Assembly: GCF_001194135.2 (NCBI RefSeq)
Contig: NC_069004.1
Location: 1,810,845 to 1,874,844, forward strand
Direction of reading: 5' to 3'
DNA: 64,000 bases
Origin: Octopus bimaculoides
Taxonomy: Eukaryota
Positions within the stretch are counted from its first letter, which is position 1, and each line of letters begins with the position of its first letter. Shown here one piece after another: positions 40,501 through 52,294 of the stretch. The translations under genes and the position numbers were made by a program. A model generated the notes under the pieces. The model made no database searches. It worked only from the letters and a program-made list of their open reading frames with translations, and was not told the origin of the DNA.

Positions 40501-43500
40501 CCAAGGTACTATAACGGAGAAAAAAGTAGCAAACGATAAAATTTGGATAAGCGCCGATTTATTCCTCTCATTATGAAAATAAGATTTAAACAACACTTAC
40601 TGACCAAAAACAAAATAAAAACAAAAATCTTCTTACACAGTGTCATCAAAAGCTGTGTAAAAAAAAGGGGGGCAGGATACTAATATTTTGTTGGGTTTTT
40701 TTTTTATTTCTTTATATGGTTCAGTCATTGGACTGCAGCCATTCTGGAGCACTGTCTCGAGACATTCATTTATCGAAAGACCAGTTATGATTTATTGACC
40801 CAGGCAAGTTGCCCGACTGGATGCTGACGAGGAATTGACATTAATTTGATTTTACATTGATCGGTCAGTTAATGATTACCATCTAACATCTTGGCTGGCT
40901 TTTTTCTTTTTCTTTTCTTCTTCTGCACCAAGGAGACAACTGTATGGTGATGCTCGACTTCTTCACTAGACTTGCTAATGAAGTCCATAAATTTACGGAA
41001 GTTGGATCCGTGAAGGAAGCCTTCCAACCAATATTAGATGTTATTTATCAACATATGACAACTGAACTCAATCTTATGCACGTAGCTCTTTTTGAATATC
41101 TAGACCTCCTCACATTCTTCCACAGGTCTGAACCTCTTGCTCTGGTCAGTATGTTTTGTTTTTCTTTCTTTCTTTTTTTTTTTTTTTCTTGAAATGGTTT
41201 TCTTGAAGAAATGCAGTGTTCTGTAGGCATGGCTGTGTGGTTGATAAGCCTGCTTCCCAACCAGGTGGTCTTTGGTTCACTCCTACTGTGTGCAACCTTT
41301 CATAAGTGTCTCATACTGTAGCCTGGACTGACCAAAGCCTTGTGAGTGGATTTCATAGATGGAAACTGAAAGAAGCCCGTCATGTGTATATACACACACA
41401 CACGTCATCATCATTTTAACGTCCACTTTTCTATGCACACATGGGTTGGATAGAATTTATTGAGGCAAATTTTCTCTGTCCAAACGCCCTTCCTGTCAAC
41501 CGATCCACTCACGAGGCTTTCATCAGTCAGCCCAGGGCCACACATACACACAAGATGCCATGCAGTGGGATTGAACCCAGAATCATGTGGTTGGGAAACA
41601 AACTTCTTACCACAGAGCCACACCTGCGCCAACAATGTGTGTGTGGTGGTGATGGATATCAATCAGTTACTAGTAAAACAGGTCATACCTGTGAGAGAGA
41701 AGCAAGATAGAAACTGGAATACTGCAGCAGACAAAATTGTAAGACAGGGAAGAGAGTAGGAAGAAGAAAACAGGAAGAAATCGGTGAAGAAAGCTTAGAC
41801 AAATAAAGAAAGAGTAAAATCAAAGCAGAAACAAAAAAATAATTTTTGGTAACAATGTTGGTTTTACTTCCAGGCTTTCCTAGAACACAGCACACCACAG
41901 GCCAGCACCCCAAAATCTTATGAAAAGACATTACTTGGTTGCATTCTCTCCTTCAGTTGTATTCCTGTCTCAGACAGTGGTCCTTACGAGTTCTTCAACA
42001 ACCCATCGGCAGGTACCAAAACAGAGAATGACATTATTGAAGCCAATATTTGGAAGGTAATACTTGTAATTCATTTTGTATGTAACGTGCTATAATGTGC
42101 CCATTATTCTTGGGAGGGTCATAGGGGTAGAATCCTCAGGCACCACCTCCATAGGCGCCTATCAGAAGCAGGTGTCATTAGACTTACCAGCTGGGTTCCC
42201 AAATTTGACCAATTGAGACTGAGACTATGGTTATCATCTGACCATCTCATTCTCGGTTCAACCATAGGCTTTCTGCCAGTTGGCTTGGCTTTAAGAATCC
42301 ATCTTCCGATTCTTTCCTGCGACATACTAATCACCTGCACATATCACTGGAACTACAACCATTTAACATGGAGAAGTAGTGGCTTGACCTGGAGTGACTC
42401 CCTGATCTCCAAGCTAAGCACCCTGTCAATTAGCATTACTCCAAAGATCCCTTTTGGAGGGACCCCATTTTGGCCACTTGTATTAAACGTTTGTACTCTT
42501 TTGGTCATTACCCAACAATTATGTCCATAAGTGAGGATGGGCATGGAAACTGAACTGAAGACAGCAAGTTTGGCTTTTTTTTTCTTTTTGCCATCCTTTC
42601 CTCTATGAAATGATGGAACTGGTGCATTACCTTGCCAGTATTTGCAATAATGTATGAAATGCATAAAGACATACGATATATGTATGATGTTTGTGAAACC
42701 CTTAAAAAAAGTCTGGTTACTTATTCTATCGGTCTCTATTTATTAAAGCTTCAATGTCTTAGCAACTGACTTGGTTGACACCCACAAGATTATCCAGAGC
42801 TCCTTTTTGAATTCCATATGACATACACTCATGACTTTTGGAAACAGTTTTTTCCTGCTCAGAATCGCTGAAGCATGGAATAAACAACCCACATCAGTTG
42901 TTAGCTGTCAGGGCGCTACATCATTGAAAAACTCCTCTGCCTCCTGAAATTAGCCAACAGTACACCCGATGCCCCTCCCCACCCCTTTCTTTAAGCACTT
43001 CATTTATTGTTGCACTTCCTGTGCATTGTTCTCTGTACTGTCCATGATGAGTTGTGGTGCACCTCTGAACACTGTATACAATAAGTTTGTTATATTCCAT
43101 TGTATCTTCAGGCATTGGCAAACCTTGGTGATAAAGTCCACCAGTTGTTTCATGGACTTATTAAAGTCTCTGACGAAACTCGACATCAAGTCCTAAATTG
43201 GTTGGCTAATTGCCTACATTCTAACGAAGGTAGGTTACTGCATTTGCATTGTATTGCTATTTTTCTGTTTTTGTTTTTTTTTCCATATTCACTGCAGATA
43301 ACTGAATGTTGCAAGTGCAAAGGTGTCTTAAATACTGATTAGAGAGCTGTGTATATGTGTGCATCTAATGGCATCATTCATCATTGTTTCAACGTTCGAT
43401 TTTCCCTTTCCATCTTCCTGCAAATATCTCACATAAAACATTCCATTTTTGTAGCTTTTATTTAACGACTTGTTTCTGTGTTGTCTTTTGTCTAATTTGT

Positions 43501-46500
43501 TTTTATTGTTTTAAATACACCACCTAATTAACAGAAATTAGCCGTATCTCCCAACTGCTATACATTTGTGTCTGACTGGTTGCTACACAGTCTACACAAT
43601 TACTTAAGCTCTCTACTCCACTGACTGCCAACAACTTTTCTTCATTGTTTTCAACCCTGGGCCACCCTCTCCCAGGTCTTGTTGGTTTTGAATTGTCATC
43701 AATAACTATGCTTGTTAGAGGTGTTGGCACTATGCAAACCCATTTTCACCTCTGAGAAGAAGTGGTCCCTATTAGTCTAGTCTCTATCCTTTGACCTGTC
43801 CAGCAAGGGAGGTCATACCAGGAGTGTGCACTCCACTGGCATAGCTGCTATGAGAAGTGGATTTGGCTTACACAAAAAGACACAGGCATTGCTGTGTGGT
43901 TAAGAAGCTTGCTTCTCAACCACCCAGTTCCAGGTTCAGTCCCACTGCATGTTACCTTGGACAAATGTCTTCTGTAGCCATGGGCCAACCAAAACCTTGC
44001 GAGCAGATTTGGTTGATGGAAACTGAAGAAAACCCATCGTGTGTGTGTGTGTGTGTGTGCATACATGCATGTATGTGTGAGTGTGTGTGTCAAAGTGTCT
44101 TGTCTTGATATCCTATTATTGCTGGAAACGAGTGTCACCTTCATGCAGCAGGTGTGTCCTTCATTTCCATTCTTCCATGAAAACATATCCACCCTCGAGG
44201 AAATATTACGTTGCTTGGAAACAAACGAAGGTTGTTGACAGGAATGGCATCCAACCATATAAAATCTGTCTCTGCATGCATGGAAAAGTGGACATTAAAA
44301 TGATGACACAGATTTAATGTGACCACATAATGATGACACATATTTAATGTGACTGTTTTATATGTTTTACAGTTAAGAATGACTCCATTATACTTCAGTT
44401 GTGGTTGATGTTTTTATTTGTTGTTTTTTTCTCTCTTCCTTGTGCTTCTTTACTTAAATCACCAAATTATCTGATTTAACAGATCGAGCTAAACTTTGGA
44501 CCGCTCAAATAAGATACCCTTTTGATAACATCTACTGTTCTGACCGGTTCTTTCTTAATCTCTGCTATGTGATGTTGAAACTTTGTCAGCCATTTTGTAA
44601 AAACATTTCTTCGAAAATATTCAAAATCGACCCAACATACATGACTGCTGTGGTAACAAGTGATGAGGATGCGAAAAAGAGGAACATCCATGCTAAAGGT
44701 AAGACAAAATGGTGTTGAGATTCAACTCAAATATTTAATATTTCTAAGTTCATATATAGCAGCTTTGTAATGGTTTTACTGACATGTGAAGAATTCTCTG
44801 GATAGGAGCAAGTGTGGCTGTGTGGTTAAGAAGCTAGCTTCCCAACCACTTGCTTCTGGGTTCAGTCTCACTGCATGGCATCTCCTCCAGTTGTCTGAAC
44901 TGTTCTGAGACTTTAAATAAACCTTCTGTCTGATTAACTAAACAAATATTCATCATAGTACCTTCACACCCTGATACTGCTTTCATAATGTCACAGCTAT
45001 TCCTAACAGACCTGCAGTTTTTCCCTGATCTTCATGAAGGTTTGCGCTCTCTGAGTGCTCTTGTTCACATTATTTTCAATTAATTATGCACGATCTAATA
45101 GCTTTGAGATTTCGATGATGCAATTGTATATATTTAGAAGGGTAGGTGTGAGAGGCTGGATCTGGCCAGTTTGAATATAAAACAGAATATTTGGTCCAGA
45201 TACGACTCATTTAAATGCAAAACTGTTAAACCAAAACACTGCTTTTACTTCATGATTCCTTAAATAATGGCCAAATAATCTGGTTTCTGTTTGTTGCGGG
45301 GCAGGGTGCTAAATAGAGCCAACCAGTCTTTCATCACTTTGTCCATTTTAGTTGTCTTTTCTGTATATATATCTGTCAATGTCTAACATCCAGTTAATTA
45401 CATTTTACTTGCTCAGATTTAATGAAATTAACCTGCTTAATTTCAAAGCCCGAACATGAAGAAGATCTGGCGTCGTCAAGCAACCAAACGTACAATTTTA
45501 TCACAGAATGTTTCTATTTAACTCACTTTTGTTTGATGCTTGGATTTCAAGTACTCAATGATAAGTTTATGCGTCTCAGCCAAGAGTTGCATCGAATTCA
45601 GCGTACCTATGCCGAAGCACACGAACAAGAAGGAGAAAATGGAATGCCTCCAAGTATCAAAGAGCAGTTGGAAATTGGTAAGTATATCGATTCTATTTAC
45701 AGGTGCAGGCATGGCTGTGTGGTGAAGAAGTTTGCTTCCCAACCGTGTGGTCTTGGGTTCAGTCCCAATTGTATAGAAGCAGTCCTCTGCTATAGCCCCA
45801 GGCCTACCAAACACTTGTAAGTGGATTTGATAGATGGAAATTGAAGGAAGCCTGTTATTAATGTGTGTGTGTATCCCCATATCTAGATATCTTGTTGTGG
45901 TTGTAAATGAGCATCATTGTTATGCAAGCTAGGTTGTTCATTCCCAAGTCTTCCATGGAAAACATGTCTGGCCATGGGCAAATATTATCATGTTTGGAAA
46001 CAGATGAGGGTTGGCAACAGGGAGGGCTTCCAGCCATAGAAAATCTGTCTCAATAAATTCTGTCTAACCCATGAGAGTTTGAAAAAGTGGACATTGAATG
46101 ACAATGATGACGACAATGAGGTAACAGCAGTGATGGTGGTGCAAGAAATGATATGCAGGTAAATCATCGGAGAAACTTCATTTATTTACAAAGAAAGAAA
46201 TGCCAAAACTGGCCCCCAGCGATTATATTTAGTCTAAGGAATATTCTTTTACTGCTCATGCATTATCTTGCAGCTTCAAAGTTTTGACAATGTGATTATT
46301 TATTTTTAGAATGACATTGTTGGGTAGGTGTGAGAAGCTGGATCTGGCCAGTTTGAACATAAAACAGGCAGAAAATTTGGGGCTGGATATGGTTTAAACA
46401 TTAAAGGGTTAATATTATTATATCTTTTGCAGGTGTGACAATATTCCTGAGTTTGAAAGCAGCACTTACTGAACCCCAACTTCTTGACATGTCTCTTCAA

Positions 46501-49500
46501 TTCCATATCACAACAGCAGTCTGGCTCTCTCAGATTGCTGTCTTCGGCAAGGTGGACAAAATGAACGCTATTACATTCCCTTTATCAAACAAACCTCCCA
46601 CAATTTTAGCAACTATCCCGGAAATTACTTTGGACAACTTAACGACTTTCACAAAGTTTGTTACTCATTATAAACCTGAAACATACCAGGTAAGTTTTTT
46701 TTTTTTTAATTTTTTTTATTTACATTAAAGTTGTATGAAAGTGGGAGGACATATCGTCTGCTGCTTACATATTTCCATCCATCTATCTATTTTTGCCACC
46801 CACTATTCTTGGGAGGGTCATGGAGGGAGAGTCCTCAGGCACCTGCTCCATAGGGTCCTATCAGTTATTACAGTTGCTGGTTAGATTTCCAAGTCTGACC
46901 GACTGAGATTGTGGATATTATCCAACCATCTCATCCTGGGTCTCCATCTAAGTCTCCTTCCAGTTGGCTCAGTTTGAAGAATCCCTTTTGTGATTCTTCC
47001 CTCTGACATTCTAACCAAATGTCTATCTTGGGTCCCTTTTTTTTTTACCAACTTCTGTTTACATGTTTATATGACGAAGTAGATTTTGTAGATCAGTAAT
47101 TTCATAAACTTGGGCAATAGTTCCCTATTAAGAATATTCTGAACTCACAAAGGGGTGCTAGGTGTTTAGAGGAGTCGTAATTTTTTCGTAGAAATAAAAT
47201 ATTTAAACCAGATGCAATATGCCACACCATCACTTACAACAACATGGGTTCCAGTTAATTCGATCAGCGACATAGCCTGCTCATGCAATTAGCATGCCTG
47301 TGGCTAAGCACTCCACCAACCCACATACCCTTAGGGAGATTCAATGTGACGCAGTGAGTGACAAGACTGGCCCTATGAATCACAGATGCAACTCAGTTTT
47401 GTCAGATGAGTGGCCTGGAGCAAAACACATTTTGAAAAAACAAATCTTTGTTGAGATTACAATCTAAGTAGAACATTGTGTTGTTATCAGTAAATACAAA
47501 TGTAATTGAGAATGAAGCAATGTTCTCCAATATAATTTCATTATATGAGTCCTTGCCATGTCTAGTACTTTCCATAAATATTTATCTCAGGGTCATTAGT
47601 CTAAGTAAATGTCTTTAAAAAAAAGGCACGTACTGGATGTGATAAAAACCACTGTGCAAAATTAACTTGAAATAGTGTTTTTTTTATTTTTTATTTTTTT
47701 CTGGACTGCTTACATTACACAACTTGCAGTTGGTTATTTACACTGTACAACTTCCACCATGCTATGTATGTTGAATCACACATTATCATCATCGTCAGCA
47801 CCTCCCCCTTTTTTTTTAATGCTGGCAGTTAGGAGACGGATGAAGGGATGGATGTCAGAACGTTTGTGTTATTGAAGAGAGAGTTCATTGTTCTGTTGTT
47901 TTCCATGCCTGATTAACTTTCACTAATTCCTTGCTTTAATTAGAGTGTATACGTTTGCATATTTTCAGGCAGCTGGTGATCGTTTAGATCACTTGATGAC
48001 TGTCATCCTTGTTTTTATGGGAAGCCCTGAACGCATGAGCAACCCCCATCTTCGAGCTTCCTTAGCTGAAAGCCTGTCATCCCTTATACCACCCTCTGAA
48101 AACAGACATGGTAATATGATTGGCCTTAACTTGTAAGTTAATCAGGGTTTTCTTTTTTTTTTCACCTTTGACTTTTCTAAATTAATGTCTTTGGAAGTCG
48201 ATTTTACATTAACCGTTTTGGTACCAACCCAGCTGAAAGCGCTTCTGGTTCTGTAGTACAAATGTCTTGTTTTCCTAAGTTCTGAATTAAAATCTTCCAC
48301 CAAACCTTAGTCACAATTTATGTTCCTAACACTAGGGAGACAGAGACAGGTGTCTTGCAGTAGAAGTCATGGATGAACTCCTCTTGTAGTCATTTTCATT
48401 TTCATTTTCATATTCAACACACATCTGGCTGTCGACACTCAACCTAATTATATTTCATTCTCCATATCCCAGGTTTTATGAAGGTAAAATTTTCCGCACA
48501 CATTACCTTGCCAAACACGTTGCTGAAATGTTACTTCATGTTTTTGTGAGTATCGAAATGACGGGACAGAGCGTCGCATTTGAACAGAAGTTTAATTATC
48601 GTCGACCAATGTACGCAGTATTGGAGTACATTTGGGAAATACCGCTCCATCGAGAAGCTATTAAGGTCTTCGCAATTCTTTTCTTTCCCATCAATTTCTT
48701 CATCCTTTGTTCTACTCTCACAGCCTTGCCTCTGCTTTCTGTTTCTTCTTTCTTCCCGCTCTGTCTGTGTGTGTATCTCTCCCTCTCTCTCTCTCTGTGT
48801 ATATGTCTTTATCTTTCTTTTTGTGTTGTTCTCTGTATGTCTATCTTTATTTCTCTCTCCTTCTATATATCTATACCTCTATTTCTTTATATATCTATGT
48901 CTATCTCTCTTTATATCTGTGTTTATCTCTCTCTATTGCTCCCTGTATCTCTCTCTCTCACAAACACACCAGCTTCCTTTACTTTTATCTTCCATTCCTA
49001 TCACCTGTTTCCAATCACTCTTTAACCGTCATTAACCCTGTTCTTTCTTATTGTAGGAATTGGTTGCATATGCAGAGGAGAACATAGAAGCTCCCAATGC
49101 CCCCCTTTTTTTGCGTTTCATCAACTTACTCATCAACGATGCCATCTTTTTACTGGATGAAGCCTTATCTGTGAGTAAACCCCAGCATTTCCCTTCTACT
49201 GCTCCCTTCCTTCTCCTCACTCCAGTCAGTAATCTTTACAGCTTGCAGGTTATATATCGAAGCTTACTTAAAAAGCAAGGCAACCGTGAGCAACTGTTGG
49301 ATAACGTTGTTAGATAACGATGCTTCTTTAATGACTACTCAAACTCTACTGCAAATTATGTTGTACCCCATGGTAACATATCAGACAAAATGTCTTGTAA
49401 TATTTCTTCTGGCTCTTTATGTTCTGAGTTCAAATCCCTCTAAGGTCAGTTGTGCCTTCTACGCCTCCAAGGTCAATAAAGTTAAGTACTGGTCTGGCAT

Positions 49501-52285
49501 GACGTTTGCTGGCTTTTATGTTCCAAGAGTTCATCAGCTCCAGAACTCCAGATTTTTACGTTACCGGAATAAACCTGTAACTCGTTGGCAAAAATGTGTT
49601 GATTGTAATGGTTCTTTGATGAATAAAATTTCCACATTGTTGAAATCTATTGGGATGAATTTCATGTCCCAAAACGTTGCTTACATTTTACACAGCCTGA
49701 TATATCTATATCTCTCATCTGTTGTCCATGCTGGCATGGGTTAGACGGTTTGACCAGGGCTGGAAGGCTGCACCAATGTCTCTATATCTCTTATTTCTGT
49801 CTTACCTGTATCTTTTATCTCTTAACTGTATCTTATCTATATCTCTTAATCTGTTGTGCAGTACATGATGCAAATTAAAGAGAAACAACAGGAAGAGGAA
49901 GCAGGGATGTGGACAGAGTTATCGGACGAGCAACAACAAGAGCAGACATCAAATCTCCGTCAGATTAGCATGTTGGCGAGATACCACAACATAATGGCTA
50001 ACTCTACCATCCAGGCCATAGAATTGCTGACCACAGACATCAAGTCCATCTTTACCCATGATTCAATGGTCACCAGGATCTCGGAGATGTTGAATTATTT
50101 CCTTGTGCACCTGGTAAGTGTGGAGTGAATCAACAAAGATGAATGAAGCGACGGCAACCAGCAGCAGCTGCTGTTGTGGTGGGGGTGGGGGGATTGTGAG
50201 AGTGGATGGTGAAATGATGAATTTGTGGTATGTAAGTAGCAGAACTGATGGGTTTTTTTCAATAAATTCAGTCTAAAATATAATATATGAAGAGGACCAT
50301 TCTATGTAAATTGTTTTTCATTCTTACAGAGAGACACCTGTTTCTGTCTCTCAGTCTTACAATAACCTTTCATCATTTGACACAAGATCCCCTCCCCTCT
50401 CAAAGGATCTTTGTCTTGCAATTTACATGGTGGCCCTGCCGGTGCTGGTGCCACATAAAAAAGCACCCAGTCCACACTGAAAAGTGGTTGGCGTTTGGAA
50501 AGGCATCCAGCTGTAAAAACCTTGCCAAAACTGACCTCATCTGTGCTGGCGCCATGTACAAATCACTCAGCCCACTCTGTGAAGTGTTGGTGTTAAGAAG
50601 GGCATCCAGCCGTTAAAACCCTGCCAAAACAGACACAGACATTTGGTGGAGGCTCCCACCTGGCCAGCTCCCGTCAACCTGTCCAACCCATGCCAGCATG
50701 GAAGGAGGATGTTAAACGATGATGATGATGTATTTCAATGTCCACACACACATTCAAGCACCGTACAGACTGGGCCGAAGTGCAGGAGGCTCGCTTGTAA
50801 AAGAATAAAAGATATCTTACCACAACACTTTCAGGGTTCTCACATATCCAGACGAGTAAATTATGAAGAAATGTTTTAGGTTTTAAGGAGTCATTTTAAT
50901 TTTTTTTCTGTTTTTTAGGTTGGCCCAAAACAGAAGAATTTTAACGTGAAAGACAAGAACGAATATGAATTTAAACCACAGCAAATCGTCTCTAATATCT
51001 GCAAGACTTACCTGAACCTTGCTGAAGATGAGAAATTCTGTTTCTCTGTTCTCTCAGATGGTCGTTCGTATTCTGAAAGCTTGCTGATTAAAGCAAAGCA
51101 TATCTTGCATAAAATTGGCTGGTCTCAGCAAGACATTGAAAGCTTTGAGGCTTTGGATCAGAAAATCAAAGTAAGTTCATTTCTTTTTTTATCTTTGATG
51201 ATTTATTTATTTCAGTCAGTGAACTGTGGCCAGGTTGGGGCACTGCCTTGAGGGGGTTTTGTCAAACAAATTGACCCCCCAGTTATCAAGTGGTGTGGTG
51301 GGGGCACAAATACAAACACATACTGGTGACACGTTGAAGGCACCGGGTACACTCTCCTCTCTGGAATGGTCAGTATTAGGAAGGGCATCTGGCCATAGAA
51401 ACCAAACCAAAAGAGACTGGAACTTGGCGCAGCTCTCCAGCCCCAGTCAAAACATCTAATTCATGGAAAATGATGATATATATATATATATATGTATATA
51501 AACACTTGACAGAAAACATTCAGGATGGGTGGAGCACTTTAACTTTGTGTCCCAGTGTAACGTTCCTGTGGTTGTAGATGTATGATCTGGTGGTGGGTTG
51601 GGGAAGTCTCTCTTGTTACTTTTCTATGAGTTTAAATATCCTGACATGGTTTTGCTAAATTCTTATTTCAAGGACTTGGGAGTAAAACAGAAAGAAGAGG
51701 ATGAAATGTTGTCTGAAGCCCCTGATGAGTTCTTGGACCCTATAATGGGGACATTAATGAAGGACCCAGTCATCTTGCCAACTTCACAGAAAACCCTGGA
51801 TCGAACTGTTATTGCACGACATCTGTTGAGGTAAGTCTGCGAAACCTATCACCATCACCATCATCATCGTCATTGTCATCACCATGTGAGTGAGTGTGTG
51901 TGTGTGTGTGTATTTACCATATTTTAACGTGTATAAGGAACCCCTAATTTTGGGGGCTTAAAATTTGGAAAAAGGTTTTGTAAGGGATTATAATATTATC
52001 CATGTATAAGAAACTCCCATATTTTTTAACCTAATTTTTGACAAAAAAAGGGTTCCTTATTCACATCAAAATACAGTATATACACTTGTGCGTTTGTATT
52101 GCTTCAGTAAGTGACTCTATTGTTCATGTTATTAAAGTCCATCTGTCTGTCTATATTTCAGTGACCAGTCAGACCCATTCAGCCGGAAACCACTGACTAT
52201 GGACAAGGTCATACCTAATGTGGACTTGAAGGACAAAATCGACCGTTGGTTAAGAGAAAATCGGAAGCGAATTAAAGAATATTAA
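37310..52285 (+). CDS. UBE4A: Ubiquitin conjugation factor E4 A (Ufd2 core + U-box), 17 coding exons, 1036 aa
   Basis: Exons assembled by hand, all GT-AG with consistent phases, total 3111 nt. Motifs recalled from UBE4A: NPFAAL N-terminus, [56 protein letters not shown]-box [19 protein letters not shown]...DPFSRKPL. Confidence 0.97.
37665..37920 (+). mobile_element. Family A SINE in UBE4A intron 1
   Basis: Head 'gcctagtggttaggg...gagtttgattccc', CORE-like block. Confidence 0.7.
38214..38296 (+). CDS. UBE4A: UBE4A coding exon 2 ([28 protein letters not shown])
   Basis: tttcag|AT acceptor, CAG|gtttgg donor, phase 1 to 0. Confidence 0.88.
38969..39145 (+). CDS. UBE4A: UBE4A coding exon 3 ([12 protein letters not shown]...HLLVKYQ)
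   Basis: ttgaag|GTT acceptor, CAG|gtaagc donor, 177 nt, phase 0 to 0. Confidence 0.9.
39222..39535 (+). mobile_element. Family A SINE in UBE4A intron 3
   Basis: Homologous to 33230-33545. Confidence 0.8.
39761..39911 (+). CDS. UBE4A: UBE4A coding exon 4 ([28 protein letters not shown]...)
   Basis: cttgcag|GGG acceptor, TAG|gtaagt donor, phase 0 to 1. Confidence 0.9.
39990..40230 (+). mobile_element. Dispersed retroposon-type repeat ending in '...aacccatgccagcatgg..aacggacgttaa.tgatgat'
   Basis: Related copies at ~50390-50730, 51350-51480, 53950-54200, 44060-44310, 45900-46100, 23620-23830 and 1740-1830. Confidence 0.65.
40425..40509 (-). mobile_element. Family B SINE fragment, UBE4A intron 4
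   Basis: 'ttcagtttctgcttaccaaatcc...aggctttggt...agaagacacttacccaagg'. Confidence 0.7.
40933..41144 (+). CDS. UBE4A: UBE4A coding exon 5 ([11 protein letters not shown]...RSEPLAL)
   Basis: ccaag|GA acceptor, CTG|gtcagt donor, phase 1 to 0. Confidence 0.88.
41226..41385 (+). mobile_element. Family B SINE, UBE4A intron 5
   Basis: 'ggcatggctgtgtggtt...ccaaagccttgtgagtggattt...ggaaactgaaagaagcccg'. Confidence 0.8.
41500..41630 (-). mobile_element. Family B SINE, UBE4A intron 5 (inverted relative to 41226)
   Basis: Reverse complement of the family B head and body. Confidence 0.75.
41874..42056 (+). CDS. UBE4A: UBE4A coding exon 6 (AFLEHSTPQ...[16 protein letters not shown]...EANIWK)
   Basis: ttccag|GCT acceptor, AAG|gtaata donor, 183 nt; translated by hand (not in the ORF track). 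Confidence 0.92.
42105..42570 (-). mobile_element. RTE-clade (Expander/Rex3-like) LINE 3' fragment in UBE4A intron 6
   Basis: [24 protein letters not shown]...[12 protein letters not shown]...[14 protein letters not shown] from the minus-strand ORF track. Confidence 0.7.
42780..42970 (+). mobile_element. CR1-clade LINE 3' fragment
   Basis: [18 protein letters not shown] from 42855, matching the CR1 terminal 'FF--RV---WN-LP--VV' motif (one frameshift). Confidence 0.55.
43112..43229 (+). CDS. UBE4A: UBE4A coding exon 7 ([11 protein letters not shown]...[10 protein letters not shown])
   Basis: cttcag|GCA acceptor, AAG|gtaggt donor, phase 0 to 1. Confidence 0.92.
44483..44698 (+). CDS. UBE4A: UBE4A coding exon 8 (DRAKLWTAQ...[21 protein letters not shown]...NIHAK)
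   Basis: aacag|AT acceptor, AAG|gtaaga donor, phase 1 to 1; translated by hand. Confidence 0.93.
45060..45230 (+). mobile_element. Second copy of piggyBac-like MITE
   Basis: Same internal motif as 46255-46412; degenerate end ...gttaa. Confidence 0.45.
45417..45677 (+). CDS. UBE4A: UBE4A coding exon 9 (DLMKLTCLI...[12 protein letters not shown]...KEQLEI)
   Basis: gctcag|AT acceptor, TTG|gtaagt donor, phase 1 to 1. Confidence 0.93.
46255..46412 (+). mobile_element. piggyBac-like MITE fragment
   Basis: Ends in AAAGGG-TTAA; shares 'gggtaggtgtgaga.gctggatctggccagtttgaa' with a second copy at 45060-45230. Left TIR not found. Confidence 0.5.
46433..46689 (+). CDS. UBE4A: UBE4A coding exon 10 ([18 protein letters not shown]...KPETYQ)
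   Basis: ttgcag|GT acceptor, CAG|gtaagt donor, phase 1 to 0. Confidence 0.93.
46790..47015 (-). mobile_element. Second copy of the same RTE 3' end in UBE4A intron 10
   Basis: Shares 'attcttgggagggtcat...tcctcaggcacc...accatctcat' with 42105-42260. Confidence 0.6.
47225..47430 (-). mobile_element. Family A SINE in UBE4A intron 10
   Basis: Reverse complement of the 33230-type tail. Confidence 0.65.
47969..48132 (+). CDS. UBE4A: UBE4A coding exon 11 (AAGDRLDHL...[12 protein letters not shown]...)
   Basis: tttcag|GCA acceptor, CTT|gtaagt donor, phase 0 to 2. Confidence 0.93.
48473..48665 (+). CDS. UBE4A: UBE4A coding exon 12 (FYEGKIF...[12 protein letters not shown]...HREAIK)
   Basis: cccag|G acceptor, AAG|gtcttc donor, phase 2 to 0. 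Confidence 0.93.
49057..49170 (+). CDS. UBE4A: UBE4A coding exon 13 ([38 protein letters not shown])
   Basis: ttgtag|GAA acceptor, TCT|gtgagt donor, 114 nt. Confidence 0.95.
49862..50113 (+). CDS. UBE4A: UBE4A coding exon 14 (YMMQIKEKQ...MLNYFLVHL)
   Basis: gtgcag|TAC acceptor, CTG|gtaagt donor, 252 nt. Confidence 0.95.
50919..51170 (+). CDS. UBE4A: UBE4A coding exon 15 ([12 protein letters not shown]...FKPQQIVS...DGRSYS...QKIK)
   Basis: ttttag|GTT acceptor, AAA|gtaagt donor, 252 nt. Confidence 0.95.
51673..51830 (+). CDS. UBE4A: UBE4A coding exon 16 (U-box N-half, [19 protein letters not shown]...IARHLL)
   Basis: ttcaag|GAC acceptor, GAG|gtaagt donor, phase 0 to 2. Confidence 0.95.
51917..52076. 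mobile_element. Tc2/pogo-like MITE with TA TSD in UBE4A intron 16
   Basis: TA-ccatattttaacgtgtataaggaaccc ... gggttccttattcacatcaaaatacag-TA; the terminal CpG has decayed on each strand. Confidence 0.7.
52162..52285 (+). CDS. UBE4A: UBE4A last coding exon ([41 protein letters not shown])
   Basis: tttcag|T acceptor, phase 2, stop TAA 52283-52285; translated by hand. Confidence 0.95.
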
Positions 52286-52294
52286 AACATATTA

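Noticed and set aside
40772-40830. C/D-box snoRNA-like ATGATT...CTGA in UBE4A intron 4
   Set aside because: Imperfect C box, no terminal stem, and no recognisable rRNA guide.
40930-40935. NAGNAG acceptor (AAG GAG) at UBE4A exon 5
   Set aside because: GAG is a very poor acceptor; no evidence of use.
43229-43234. Alternative donor AG|gttact at 43233
   Set aside because: Gives phase 2, incompatible with the phase-1 acceptor at 44482.
48580-49087. Additional 126-151-aa ORFs in UBE4A intron 12
   Set aside because: Open only because the (CT)n-rich tract lacks stop codons.
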